Below, piece after piece: positions 39,210 to 48,825 of a DNA stretch of 64,000 nt. Position numbers and translations under genes: made by a program. How positions within the stretch are numbered: the first letter of the stretch is position 1; the number at the start of each line of letters is the position of its first letter. Under the pieces are notes generated by a model. It was not told the origin of the DNA, made no database searches, and worked only from the letters and a program-made list of their open reading frames with translations. Source of the DNA: Waddliaceae bacterium (lineage in GTDB: Bacteria; Chlamydiota; Chlamydiia; Chlamydiales; Waddliaceae); assembly GCA_963724325.1 (NCBI GenBank), contig CAVRUH010000007.1, positions 224,001 through 288,000 on the forward strand, read 5' to 3'.

Positions 39210-40436
39210 ATGGGCATACAAGTGACTGGTTTAACGGTAAGGCAAGCTCTGCTTCCATTTGGTTGGAGTATTTCAAGATGCCAAACAATTGTTAACCGCA
39301 TTGGAAGGATTGCAGGTTCAGCAGGTTCTATAACTGCCCTTGCAGTGACGATCTTGGCTGCGACTTTCTTGGGCAGTCTGGGAGGATTATGGATAGTGTC
39401 AGCTGTCGTGGTGGGAATTGTGGGTATCGGATATGGCTGTGTTTGGTCATTTGCAATCGTTGAGCGAATCACCACCTTCCTTTTTGGAAAAATATTAATT
39501 GAACCCAAACGGGCAATCTGCACCGAGTTGCGGCAGACTCAGACTTTGAGTGATCTATTATCAATAAAGTGGATGAAGAAAGTTCTAAAGAACAGTGACG
39601 AATACGCTAAAGGCAATTTGATCTCAAAAATGAATTTTTTGCAGCTGTCTCAGGCACAAAAAATATTAGGGTCGAAAAAAATAGGAAATTATTTCTCTGG
39701 ATATCCTCAAAACAATGCCCGCATTGAATGGAAATTGATCACAGATTTCAAGACCATGAGTCCTCAAGCTAAGCTCCATCAAATAGATCCTGCAACAGGT
39801 AATCCAACTTTCCACACGATGCTTAGCACAAATGATCTTGCACTCAGAATGATTCGAAAAATCGCTAATCAAGAAAGTGGAAATCTTAAAAGCAGACTTA
39901 TTTCACAACTAGACATAATTAGTGGATATAATGTCCCAGGAGACGTTGTTACACTAGACACTAACGGAACAAAAATGACGTTCAAAAAGACTTGGATTGA
40001 GGAAAAGTGTACAACAGTGGGACAGTTTTACGGTGACCCAAATGTTGATTTCAATGACGCTGAAATGTCTATTCCAAATTACAAAACGGACGATGTCCAA
40101 TTGTGTTTTAGCATCCTAAAAGGGGACAAGGACTTGCCCAAAGGTATTTCTGAATTGCAGTCTATCGGCCAGGTAGCAAATTATCTTGGTGCTGACGACG
40201 TCATCCGCTTGATTGCCGATGAAATGATTGAGAGATTTGAATTAGGGCAAATTACAATAATAGAACTAATTCAGTGGATAGCGGAGTTTGTCAACATAGA
40301 TGAGCTAAGGGAAAAAGCGCTTGAAGTGACCGGGTTGAGTCAAGGCCTCCTTTCCGAAGCAGAGCGCGATGCCTTTGACATACAAACGTACACTCGGAAT
40401 TGGCCAAGATTGCAACAATTGTGCGCGACATTTTAA
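39210..40436 (+). CDS. Inc-like membrane protein with a C-terminal BTB/POZ- or Skp1-like domain
   Basis: Bilobed hydrophobic stretch near the N-terminus; GDVVTLDTNG...EMSIPNY...QVANYLGADDVIRLIAD resembles a BTB/Skp1 fold. Confidence 0.6.
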   Translation: MGIQVTGLTVRQALLPFGWSISRCQTIVNRIGRIAGSAGSITALAVTILAATFLGSLGGLWIVSAVVVGIVGIGYGCVWSFAIVERITTFLFGKILIEPKRAICTELRQTQTLSDLLSIKWMKKVLKNSDEYAKGNLISKMNFLQLSQAQKILGSKKIGNYFSGYPQNNARIEWKLITDFKTMSPQAKLHQIDPATGNPTFHTMLSTNDLALRMIRKIANQESGNLKSRLISQLDIISGYNVPGDVVTLDTNGTKMTFKKTWIEEKCTTVGQFYGDPNVDFNDAEMSIPNYKTDDVQLCFSILKGDKDLPKGISELQSIGQVANYLGADDVIRLIADEMIERFELGQITIIELIQWIAEFVNIDELREKALEVTGLSQGLLSEAERDAFDIQTYTRNWPRLQQLCATF

Positions 40437-40489
40437 AATAGTTCTTGAACAAACAAAGCTTATGTGCATAATGTGAGCAAGGAGATATT

Positions 40490-41650
40490 ATGAGCATACC
40501 TACTCGTTTTCTTTTGATAGATGATGATCCTGATTTTTTGGCTTATTTTCTGTTGTCGGCAGAGCCATTTGCGATAATTTGCGACACGGCCGCCTCTATG
40601 CAGGAAGCCCGTCAAAAGATTAATACATCAAGTTATGCAGCTTATATAATTGACCTAAAATTGCCCGATGGATTGGGCCAGGACCTCATCAAAGAAATTT
40701 ATGAAAAACTAGGAAATAAATATCCTATTGTTGCCGTCGCCGGTATTAATCGAGACCCAATGGTCATTCAAAGTCTCAGGGAAAAATACAAAATCGAATT
40801 CGTTCTTGATAAACCCATTTATCCACAACAAATTAACAAGCTATTCGCTACACTAGCCAATAAATGCGATATAAAGCAGTTGCGCATTAATTCGGTACTT
40901 CAAAAACTGAGGGAAACCTATCAAAAGACAATTCCCGAAAAGCTTGAGAATTTAACTTCGCTTATTACATCTCTTCATCAGAATCCGGATAAGGCCACTC
41001 TTACAGAATTGAGGGGCGTGGTCCACAAAATCGCTGGAAGTGCAGGTACGTATGGTTTTCTTGGGGTGTCCGAAATCTGCAGGGATATGGAGAAGAGTAT
41101 TGTCGATGAGCTTGAGTTGAGTAAGGTGATCGAAAAGGATTGGATCCTTTCTCTGGATGATTTCTTGGAGAAAGTAAAACACTATTTTCAGATCAATGAA
41201 GAACAAACCTTTCCACCTAAAGAAACCTCGAGACCACAGAAACTTACACGACCTCTTATATTTGTAGCTGATAGCGATATTAAATTTCTGGAACTTCTTG
41301 AGAAAGAAAAAGGTAAATATTCTATCGAGCTTACATATACTGCAGATCCGCAAATGGCTTTAGACCGTTTAAATTCTCCGGAATTTATGCCTAAAGCGGT
41401 CCTTGTTTCGCAAAGATTTTCGGGGTCAACAATCACTGGTTTAGATATCATTTATCGACTTCAAGAGAAACCACACTTGAAATCGGCGGCTTATGGGGTA
41501 ATGCTGATGGATGATGACCTGGAAAGTAAGATTCTGCTCATGGAAAATGGGGTAGAATATAACTTTCAAAAGCCTATAGATCCGGATCTTTTCTTTGATG
41601 CTGTGGATAAAATGATCCAGGTAAGGCAGCTTCAAGAGCTCAGAAAATAA
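40490..41650 (+). CDS. Receiver-Hpt-degenerate receiver phosphorelay protein
   Basis: LLIDDD...IIDLKLPDG...KP; Hpt VHKIAGSAGTYGF; second REC-like region FVADSD...QKPID. Confidence 0.85.
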   Translation: MSIPTRFLLIDDDPDFLAYFLLSAEPFAIICDTAASMQEARQKINTSSYAAYIIDLKLPDGLGQDLIKEIYEKLGNKYPIVAVAGINRDPMVIQSLREKYKIEFVLDKPIYPQQINKLFATLANKCDIKQLRINSVLQKLRETYQKTIPEKLENLTSLITSLHQNPDKATLTELRGVVHKIAGSAGTYGFLGVSEICRDMEKSIVDELELSKVIEKDWILSLDDFLEKVKHYFQINEEQTFPPKETSRPQKLTRPLIFVADSDIKFLELLEKEKGKYSIELTYTADPQMALDRLNSPEFMPKAVLVSQRFSGSTITGLDIIYRLQEKPHLKSAAYGVMLMDDDLESKILLMENGVEYNFQKPIDPDLFFDAVDKMIQVRQLQELRK

Positions 41651-41718
41651 ATATGATTTGATTTGACTTAAATAAAATATTTATTAATATGAGGTTAGGT
41701 ACTTTATTAGGAGGCCTC

Positions 41719-43002
41719 ATGTATAGCTCAGACGATTACACGAAGGAATTTCCCGTCGCGGATGATGAGGTGGCCCGTCTAAAAGCACTCCGTAATCTAC
41801 ATATTTTAAATACAATGCCTGAAGAACGATTTAATGTCATGTCACGCGTTGCACAACACCTTCTTAGTATTGATTCTGGTGATGAATCACAATTATTAAA
41901 GGATTTAGCTCTGTTGATTGAGCATAATCGTGAATCCATTGCTTTGCGTCATGCCCTTGAAAAGTCTTTAATGATAGAAAAGGCACTCAAAGAAAGGGAA
42001 ACCCACTATAAAACACTCCTTGAAAATATCGCAGATTGCGTATTTGTAATTGATTCTAATTGGATGATTCAATCAATAAATTTGGCGGCAGAAAAAAAAT
42101 TAGGATGCAAATCTAGCGACTGCATCGGAAGAAACATCAGTATGTTTTTTCAACAATGTGTAGAAAACGAACTTACATTATGGTTTGGACAAGATCCCAA
42201 AGTTGACAGTGAAGATTTGTCACCACAATTTATGATAGCGACTTGGCAATGTAAAGATGGCACACAACACACTTGTGAACTGATTGGAAGTTCTATGACT
42301 TTTAAAGATGAGAAATTATTCATTTGGATTTTGCGTGATAACATACAGAAAAGGGAAGCTGATAGCATAAAAGATGTTTTCATATCCTCCGTTAATCATG
42401 TACTTCGTACCCCAATAACTGCTATTCACGGTGCATTGGGGCTAATTCTGGGATTATTTAATCAAAATATGACCGATGACGCAAAAAAACACATTGGAAC
42501 CGCACATGGCACGAGCGAACAACTTGTTCATATGATGAATGAAATTCTCGATGGCAAAAAAATCGATGGTGGGGGAATATCTCGTCTTAAATTGCAAGAG
42601 GTAGATGTTAACCCTCTTATTACAAATGCAATTAATTCTGTACGTCCACTTGCTGAACAAAAAAAAGTTAAAATTATTGTAGAATATCCTTCAGAACCAT
42701 GTTTTGCATATGCTGATGCAAATCGCTTCATCTATGTTCTAAAAGACTTGTTTTCAAATGCTATTAAGCAGGTTCAAATCAATGGAACGATTACTATTAG
42801 AATCGAGCATTCTGAAGATAAACTCAAAGTAAGTGTATTTAGTAATCAATTTGAAGAGCCGATCAAACCCGAGCCCGAAATTGATCATTCCAATTCAGCT
42901 GCGAATATTACTAAAGCAATTATTGAAAAATTGAGTGGCAGACTTGATCGTGAAATGAAGAATGGATACTGTATTGTTCTCGATTGTGTTATAAGGAGCT
43001 AA
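41719..43002 (+). CDS. Degenerate PAS histidine kinase paralogue (GAF core deleted, ATP-binding G boxes missing)
   Basis: SVNHVLRTP H-box and LFSNAIK N-box present, but no DxGxG or GxGLGL. Confidence 0.8.
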   Translation: MYSSDDYTKEFPVADDEVARLKALRNLHILNTMPEERFNVMSRVAQHLLSIDSGDESQLLKDLALLIEHNRESIALRHALEKSLMIEKALKERETHYKTLLENIADCVFVIDSNWMIQSINLAAEKKLGCKSSDCIGRNISMFFQQCVENELTLWFGQDPKVDSEDLSPQFMIATWQCKDGTQHTCELIGSSMTFKDEKLFIWILRDNIQKREADSIKDVFISSVNHVLRTPITAIHGALGLILGLFNQNMTDDAKKHIGTAHGTSEQLVHMMNEILDGKKIDGGGISRLKLQEVDVNPLITNAINSVRPLAEQKKVKIIVEYPSEPCFAYADANRFIYVLKDLFSNAIKQVQINGTITIRIEHSEDKLKVSVFSNQFEEPIKPEPEIDHSNSAANITKAIIEKLSGRLDREMKNGYCIVLDCVIRS

Positions 43003-43007
43003 TGTTT

Positions 43008-43394
43008 ATGGAAAGAGAAAAACTTCAGAAAATTTTAATCATCGAAGATAACGACGATATTCAAAAAATCGCTCAAATGTCCCTCGAAATGGTAGGTGGT
43101 TTTACAACCGAAGTAAGCAGCTCCGGTGCTGAAGGGCTTACAAAAGCTGAAAGCTTCAATCCTCACCTTGTTCTGCTTGACATGATGATGCCATTAATGA
43201 ACGGCTCGGAAACATTTCAAAAATTTAAAGAAAATTCGAAATTGCGCAACATTCCAATCGTATTTATCACAGCAAAAGTGCAGCCAAATGAAGTTGTAGA
43301 GTATAACCGACTTGGTGCACTGGGTGTAGTCACAAAACCGTTTGATCCCATGACATTACCCGAATCGGTGCTTCAACTATGGGATAAATTATAA
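43008..43394 (+). CDS. Single-domain response regulator (CheY-like)
   Basis: ILIIEDN, LLDMMMP, FITAK, TKPF. Confidence 0.9.
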   Translation: MEREKLQKILIIEDNDDIQKIAQMSLEMVGGFTTEVSSSGAEGLTKAESFNPHLVLLDMMMPLMNGSETFQKFKENSKLRNIPIVFITAKVQPNEVVEYNRLGALGVVTKPFDPMTLPESVLQLWDKL

Positions 43395-43407
43395 TAAATA
43401 GGGGCAT

Positions 43408-44982
43408 ATGAAAACATTTCCAATGCAAGAAGATGAAGAGATTCGATTAAAAGCTTTAAGGGGACTTCATATCTTAGATACCCCTCCTGAGGAACGCTTT
43501 GATGCAGTAACCCGTATTGCCAAGCGCCTTTTTGATGTCGAAGTTGTTTCCATCGTATTGCTTGATAAAAATAGATTGTGGTTTAAATCAAGGCAAGGAC
43601 CAGAAATCACTGAAGTCATACACAAAGATTTACTGCAGGCTCACAGACTTATCAATGATGATATTCTTGTTATTAATGATACAGCAAAGGACCCCAGATT
43701 TAGCAATCCCGTTATTCGGTTTTATGCAGGATTTCCGTTAAAAACAAATGAGGGTTCTCAAGTAGGTGCATTTTGCCTCTTCGACACAAAACCAAAAACA
43801 TATACCGCTGAAGAACTCCATATCCTAAAAGATTTAGCTACACTTGTAGAATATAATCTGAACTCCATCCCGCTTAATGAGGCACTTGAAAAGTCCTACA
43901 AAATGGAAAAGGCCCTAAAAGAACGAAGGGTCAGATATAAACTTCTTCTCGATAATATTGCCGACAGCATCATTGTCATTGACACAACAGGAACTATTCA
44001 ATCGATCAACTTGACAACTGAAAAAAATCTGGAATATTCAGCCGAAGAATGTGTTGGAAAAAATGTTAGTCTCTTCTTTCCTCAATATTCACAAAAGGAA
44101 ATGGAAGCGCTAATTGAATTTCATGCTGAATCGCACGAGCCCACAACAAGTACAGAAATTATTGAAGTTTCTTGTCATCGAAAAAATGGAGGAAATTTCT
44201 CGGGTGAGTTAACTCGAAGCAGTATGACTTTTGAAGACAAAAAATTGTATATTTGGATTTTACGCGATACTACAGAACGTAAAAAAATTGAGCTAATGAA
44301 ACAAGAGTTCATTTCAAACGTAAGCCATGAGCTTCGTACTCCTATGACAGCCATTCGGGGTTCACTAGGACTTGTTCTTGGTACCTTGCATGATGCCTTT
44401 CCTGAAAATGCAAGAAACCTCGTAGAAATGGCTTATTCCAATTCGGAAAGACTTGTGAGATTAGTTAGCGACATCCTAGATGTGGAAAAAATGGAAGCTG
44501 GGATGATGAATCTTCAGATAGAAAAATTGGACTTGGCTCAACTGATAGAACAATCTGTAGAAGCATTAAAACCCTATTCTGTGCAATACGGGGTAAATAT
44601 CGCTATTGAAAAAAATGCTTCACGAGTATTTGTGAATGTAGATAAAGACCGGATCACTCAGGTGTTGACAAATCTTCTTTCAAATGCAATTAAATATTCA
44701 CCTCGTAATGAAACAGTGATCATTCGATTAGAAAATGTTGAGGATAAACTTCAGGTAAGTGTGATAGATAGGGGACCTGGGATTTCAAAACAGGATCAAG
44801 ACAGGTTATTTCAGAAATTTACTCAATTAGATTCCTTTGATAAACGTCCTAAAGAGGGTACAGGTCTTGGATTGAGCATTTCTAAATCGATCGTAGAAAA
44901 ACACAATGGTGAAATTGGCTGCGAAAGTGAATTAGGAAAGGGATCTAAATTTTATTTTGTTTTAGACTTGAGCATAGATTGA
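43408..44982 (+). CDS. GAF-PAS sensor histidine kinase
   Basis: ILDTPPEERFD GAF, RFYAGFPL, SHELRTP, NLLSNAIKY, DRGPGI, GTGLGL. Confidence 0.93.
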   Translation: MKTFPMQEDEEIRLKALRGLHILDTPPEERFDAVTRIAKRLFDVEVVSIVLLDKNRLWFKSRQGPEITEVIHKDLLQAHRLINDDILVINDTAKDPRFSNPVIRFYAGFPLKTNEGSQVGAFCLFDTKPKTYTAEELHILKDLATLVEYNLNSIPLNEALEKSYKMEKALKERRVRYKLLLDNIADSIIVIDTTGTIQSINLTTEKNLEYSAEECVGKNVSLFFPQYSQKEMEALIEFHAESHEPTTSTEIIEVSCHRKNGGNFSGELTRSSMTFEDKKLYIWILRDTTERKKIELMKQEFISNVSHELRTPMTAIRGSLGLVLGTLHDAFPENARNLVEMAYSNSERLVRLVSDILDVEKMEAGMMNLQIEKLDLAQLIEQSVEALKPYSVQYGVNIAIEKNASRVFVNVDKDRITQVLTNLLSNAIKYSPRNETVIIRLENVEDKLQVSVIDRGPGISKQDQDRLFQKFTQLDSFDKRPKEGTGLGLSISKSIVEKHNGEIGCESELGKGSKFYFVLDLSID

Positions 44983-46283
44983 ATCGCAGGGATGCAGGCC
45001 CAGCAAATCATGCCGGCACATGTTTTCTCTTCAATTTGATCAACAGTATTGTAACCTTCTTCGATACAATCAACAATTGTTTTCTTGGAAATCCACATGC
45101 AATTGCAAATGATTTCATTATCATCTTTAGGAACTATTGTAGTGTTTGTTTCGCTTCTGATTTCTCCTGTGCTACTAAATAGATCGAGTTCTTCTTTAGT
45201 GATTTTTTCATTTTCAAGAACCCTAGAATAAAGTTCTTTTAGGGTAGACCATTCTCCATAGGCTGTGACACCGACAAGCCGATCTTGAATAAATTGCAGC
45301 TCACGATATATTGATTTATTTTCGTATGCAACGTGTTCCGGATTCTTAATATCGGTATCTCTAATGGAATTCATATTTTTTCCGATGACGGTAGATGCCA
45401 CAATCTCTCTTCCACTTTTTAAGGAAAATTTAGTAATTGTTGCTGGCATATTGAGAAAACGACCAATGAATTGGACCACTTCGCCACGCTGAGGTGTTTG
45501 ATAGACGTGTCTAAGGGTATCGGTAATTTCTTTTAGCTTTGGTCTAATTTGATAGAGTTCCTTAAATTTGTCTGTTGGGATAAAGTATGTGGATACATCA
45601 CCCTGTGCTTTAACAGTGGCCTGTCTAGGCTGATTAATGATCAAGCTGAGCTCGCCGATGAGATAACCTGGGGTTGTGGTGCAAATCAAATTGCCATCTT
45701 TGAAAACTTCGACATTACCTGTAAGTAGCAAAAAGGCACCATTAGGTTGCTCTCCTTGGTTAATGATGGTTTCACCAGCCTTAAATGATTTTGTCTCAAA
45801 TGATTCCTTATCTTCTAACAAGTACTGGGCAATATCAAATTCAGTTTCTAATGCCTGAAGTTTAGAGATTAGTTGTTTAAAGCCAATGGATTTTAATTCT
45901 TTTTTAAGTTCGCTATCTTTTTCGAGGACTTTGAGGAAAGAGCTATGGTCGATTTTAAGTAAGGTAACGCTTGTAAGGGTACGTGCGGAGGCGTTTCTTT
46001 TTCCTGGGGTGGGTTGTATAAGGGCTTGTTCACCAACGTAGGCGCCTTTTTCAAGTCTTGCTAGGATGACTCTTTCGTTTTTGGGGTTTGTAGTAAATAC
46101 TTGGAGGACGCCTTCTTTGATTATGTAGAGGTAGTCAGCAGTTTCGCCTTCATGAATGATTGTTCTGCCGGGAGGGAACCGTACTTCAGTTACGTGCGAA
46201 AGCAAATCGGTAAATTGTTCATCATCGATTTTTAGGAATAGCCTGGTATGTCTGAGTAGTTCTTTATTCTCCATATTTCCCAT
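44952..46283 (-). CDS. Tandem cyclic-nucleotide-binding domain protein with a C-terminal BFD-like [2Fe-2S] domain
   Basis: GEQALI...RNASA and GELSLI...RQATV cNMP motifs; ICNC...CAGMICWAC; start trimmed because the upstream frame is repeat-derived. Confidence 0.8.
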   Translation of the reverse strand: MGNMENKELLRHTRLFLKIDDEQFTDLLSHVTEVRFPPGRTIIHEGETADYLYIIKEGVLQVFTTNPKNERVILARLEKGAYVGEQALIQPTPGKRNASARTLTSVTLLKIDHSSFLKVLEKDSELKKELKSIGFKQLISKLQALETEFDIAQYLLEDKESFETKSFKAGETIINQGEQPNGAFLLLTGNVEVFKDGNLICTTTPGYLIGELSLIINQPRQATVKAQGDVSTYFIPTDKFKELYQIRPKLKEITDTLRHVYQTPQRGEVVQFIGRFLNMPATITKFSLKSGREIVASTVIGKNMNSIRDTDIKNPEHVAYENKSIYRELQFIQDRLVGVTAYGEWSTLKELYSRVLENEKITKEELDLFSSTGEIRSETNTTIVPKDDNEIICNCMWISKKTIVDCIEEGYNTVDQIEEKTCAGMICWACIPAIQSMLKSKTK

Positions 46284-46320
46284 ATAGCAAAGCCCTTCAA
46301 TTTTGTAAAGAATCTTTTTT

Positions 46321-46704
46321 CGCCTAGGAAAAAAACAGGATATGCCCCATAATCGCATGCTTAAAAAATAACAGGATATGCAGGATCGCAAAGCGGCAGG
46401 ATAAGAAGGATGGGAGGAAGGGGTAACCTTTTTTCCTATCCTTCTTATCCTGCCGCTTTGCGATCCTGCATATCCTGTTATTTCCTAGGCTGGCGATTAC
46501 CTCGCCATATCCTCGCCTAGGAAAAAAACAGGATATGCCTCTATTATTGCATGCTTAGAAAAATAACAGGATATGCAGGATCGCAAAGCGGCAGGATAAG
46601 AAGGATGGGAGGAAGGGGTAACCTTTTTTCCCATCCTTCTTATCCTGCCGTTTTGCGATCCTGCATATCCTGTTTTTTTTCTAGGCTTGCGATTACCTAG
46701 CCAT
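46321..46704. repeat. Two tandem 193-bp REPIN-like units, each a hairpin of family A variant copies
   Basis: Units begin cgcctaggaaaaaaacaggatatgcc at 46321 and 46514; arms aacaggatatgcaggatcgcaaagcggcaggataagaaggat and its reverse complement. Confidence 0.9.
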
Positions 46705-46710
46705 TTTGTG

Positions 46711-48522
46711 TCATTTTTTTGGAAGAATTTGATGAGACTTACTTATTTTGATTGCAAGGAAAAAATTATTTTTCTCAAGGGCTAGATCCTTGGCTGTTTG
46801 ACTATCCATGTTTTTGATGTCATATTTAGCGCCAGCCTTGATTAAACGTAGAGCAACTGAGTTAATATTGTGTTTAATAGCAACGTGCAACGGCGTTCTT
46901 TTTCTATCATTTCTAAAATTTAATGGATGTTTTAGTTTAATCAATTCATCCACAAGTGCAAGGGATATATTTTCATTTTGCCACTTTCCGATATATACAG
47001 CCTCATGAAGGGGAGTTGGGGTTTTATCGGCAATTCCATTGTTTCCTCCATGTGCCCATGCAAAGCGGAGCATGTCTCTGAGAACTTCCAATCTTTCATT
47101 GGAGATTTCTTTATTTCTATCAGGCTTTCTATGCCTCCTGCGGTTAGAGCCACCTAATTCGATCTTTTTAAAATTAGGTTTGAGAGGAATAAGCCTCGAT
47201 TTAATCTCTTCCCAATGAGATTGGGAAATGCATATTTTCACTAAATAACCGTATATCTTGCTAAGAACGTCAGATGATGACATTTGATCCTTATTGAATA
47301 GCATATCAAATATCTCTTTACGCTGCGCTTCAGGGATGTCAAATATACTGGGAGCAGAACTTATGCCTAGGCCGGGATCGCTTATGACGGGCCTCCGGAA
47401 AAGTTTTTTGAGGGCTTGTCCATATAGTTGCTTCTGGTCGTGTACGGGGTAAGTTGATATTATTGTCTTTAGAAGAAAAAAGAGATTCAAATAATGTGTT
47501 TGTTTCCACAGAGTTAGTCCTTCGCAAATATGCTCAAAGAGGTTCACACCGACATCACCATATTCTTTGTGAAAAATCCACTCAGGATGGCGCTTCAGAA
47601 GTTCGGGAATAATAGTGATAGCATGATCATATTTTGCAAGATCGATTAGAGGGGCAAATATCTTAGTGAAGGCACGTGCAGTCATGAATTTTATGATTGC
47701 TTCGAAGTCTTCTAAATTTGTTTTACCATTTCCGACTGATTTGATAACTTTTTTGATAATATCTGATCTATTAAATCGTAAAAATTCTTCTCTTTCTTTT
47801 GAGTCTAATTTATTAATTATATCAAAAAATAACTCTGAAAATAAATCTGGATCAGATTGCAATATTAATGTTGCAAGTGCATGCCGATTTAGCGGAAATT
47901 CATCGAGCATGCGATGGACCATTTTTTTTCTTGTCACTTGATGTTCGAATGCAAACTCATTAATTTCGGATTCGCAGTTAATGTTTATTCCAAGTGGTGT
48001 TAGTTCTTGCTCCAGATTGCACTTTGCCTCAGGAATATTCTCGGGTTTGGCTCGAGCTTCAATGAGTAATTTAACAGCATCGATACTATTACAATTATTG
48101 ACGAGAAGTGCGTCGATAAGATCTTCAGTTGTATTTCCCAATATTTTTTTTTCGGTAGTACTTAAAAGCCATGAATATAAAATGGGTGGCGGTAATATTT
48201 CAATCGATTCTTTACTTAATTTTGCCAGGTTGTAACCATTGTTGAGGCATAGGAAATTAAGAGTAATGTAACAGATACGGGCTAGGTTATTATCTTCGGT
48301 CTCAATTATCCATTTGACTACTACACCAGTATCGAGAACGGGGATTTGGATTTTTGAAATTTCTTTAGCCCAAAAAAAATGACTGAGTTTGTTGATGCGT
48401 TCGTTTATTAGCCTGCAAAATGGTGCAATACGACCCACATCATTTGCAGTAAGGAATTTTATTGCAAATGAATCGAAGAGGTCTTGCGAAGCAAACGGTC
48501 CAGGATATTCCATTACTATCAT
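46711..48522 (-). CDS. Ankyrin-repeat protein with a possible N-terminal F-box-like motif
   Basis: TPLHEAV, RTPLHVAI, QTAKDLA ankyrin motifs; DLFDSFAIKFLTANDVGRIAPFCR...W is F-box-like. Confidence 0.75.
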   Translation of the reverse strand: MIVMEYPGPFASQDLFDSFAIKFLTANDVGRIAPFCRLINERINKLSHFFWAKEISKIQIPVLDTGVVVKWIIETEDNNLARICYITLNFLCLNNGYNLAKLSKESIEILPPPILYSWLLSTTEKKILGNTTEDLIDALLVNNCNSIDAVKLLIEARAKPENIPEAKCNLEQELTPLGININCESEINEFAFEHQVTRKKMVHRMLDEFPLNRHALATLILQSDPDLFSELFFDIINKLDSKEREEFLRFNRSDIIKKVIKSVGNGKTNLEDFEAIIKFMTARAFTKIFAPLIDLAKYDHAITIIPELLKRHPEWIFHKEYGDVGVNLFEHICEGLTLWKQTHYLNLFFLLKTIISTYPVHDQKQLYGQALKKLFRRPVISDPGLGISSAPSIFDIPEAQRKEIFDMLFNKDQMSSSDVLSKIYGYLVKICISQSHWEEIKSRLIPLKPNFKKIELGGSNRRRHRKPDRNKEISNERLEVLRDMLRFAWAHGGNNGIADKTPTPLHEAVYIGKWQNENISLALVDELIKLKHPLNFRNDRKRTPLHVAIKHNINSVALRLIKAGAKYDIKNMDSQTAKDLALEKNNFFLAIKISKSHQILPKK

Positions 48523-48607
48523 CCTTATATCTTTAAAGCGAACATTGTACCGGTAAGTTACTTATAATCCTACTAAAAAAATTTGTCTGGTCTCAATTTA
48601 TCAACGG

Positions 48608-48810
48608 GATATCCCCCCATAATCGCATGCTTAGAAAAATAACAGGATATGCAGGATCGCAAAGCGGCAGGATAAGAAGGATGGGAAAAAAGGTTACCCC
48701 TTCTTCCCATCCTTCTTATCCTGCCGCTTTGCGATCCTGCATATCCTGTTTTTTTTCTAGGCTGGCGATTACCTCGCCATATCCTGTTATTTTTTAAGCA
48801 TGCGATTATA
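48608..48810. repeat. REPIN-like hairpin unit, family A variant
   Basis: Near-identical to the 46321 unit, with outer IR ataatcgcatgctta / taagcatgcgattat. Confidence 0.9.
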
Positions 48811-48825
48811 GGATTGCTATCATCT

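Noticed and set aside
46321..46704. 193-bp periodic repeats as a CRISPR array or structured ncRNA gene
   Set aside because: Whole units are duplicated with no variable spacers; better explained as tandem REPIN-like hairpins.
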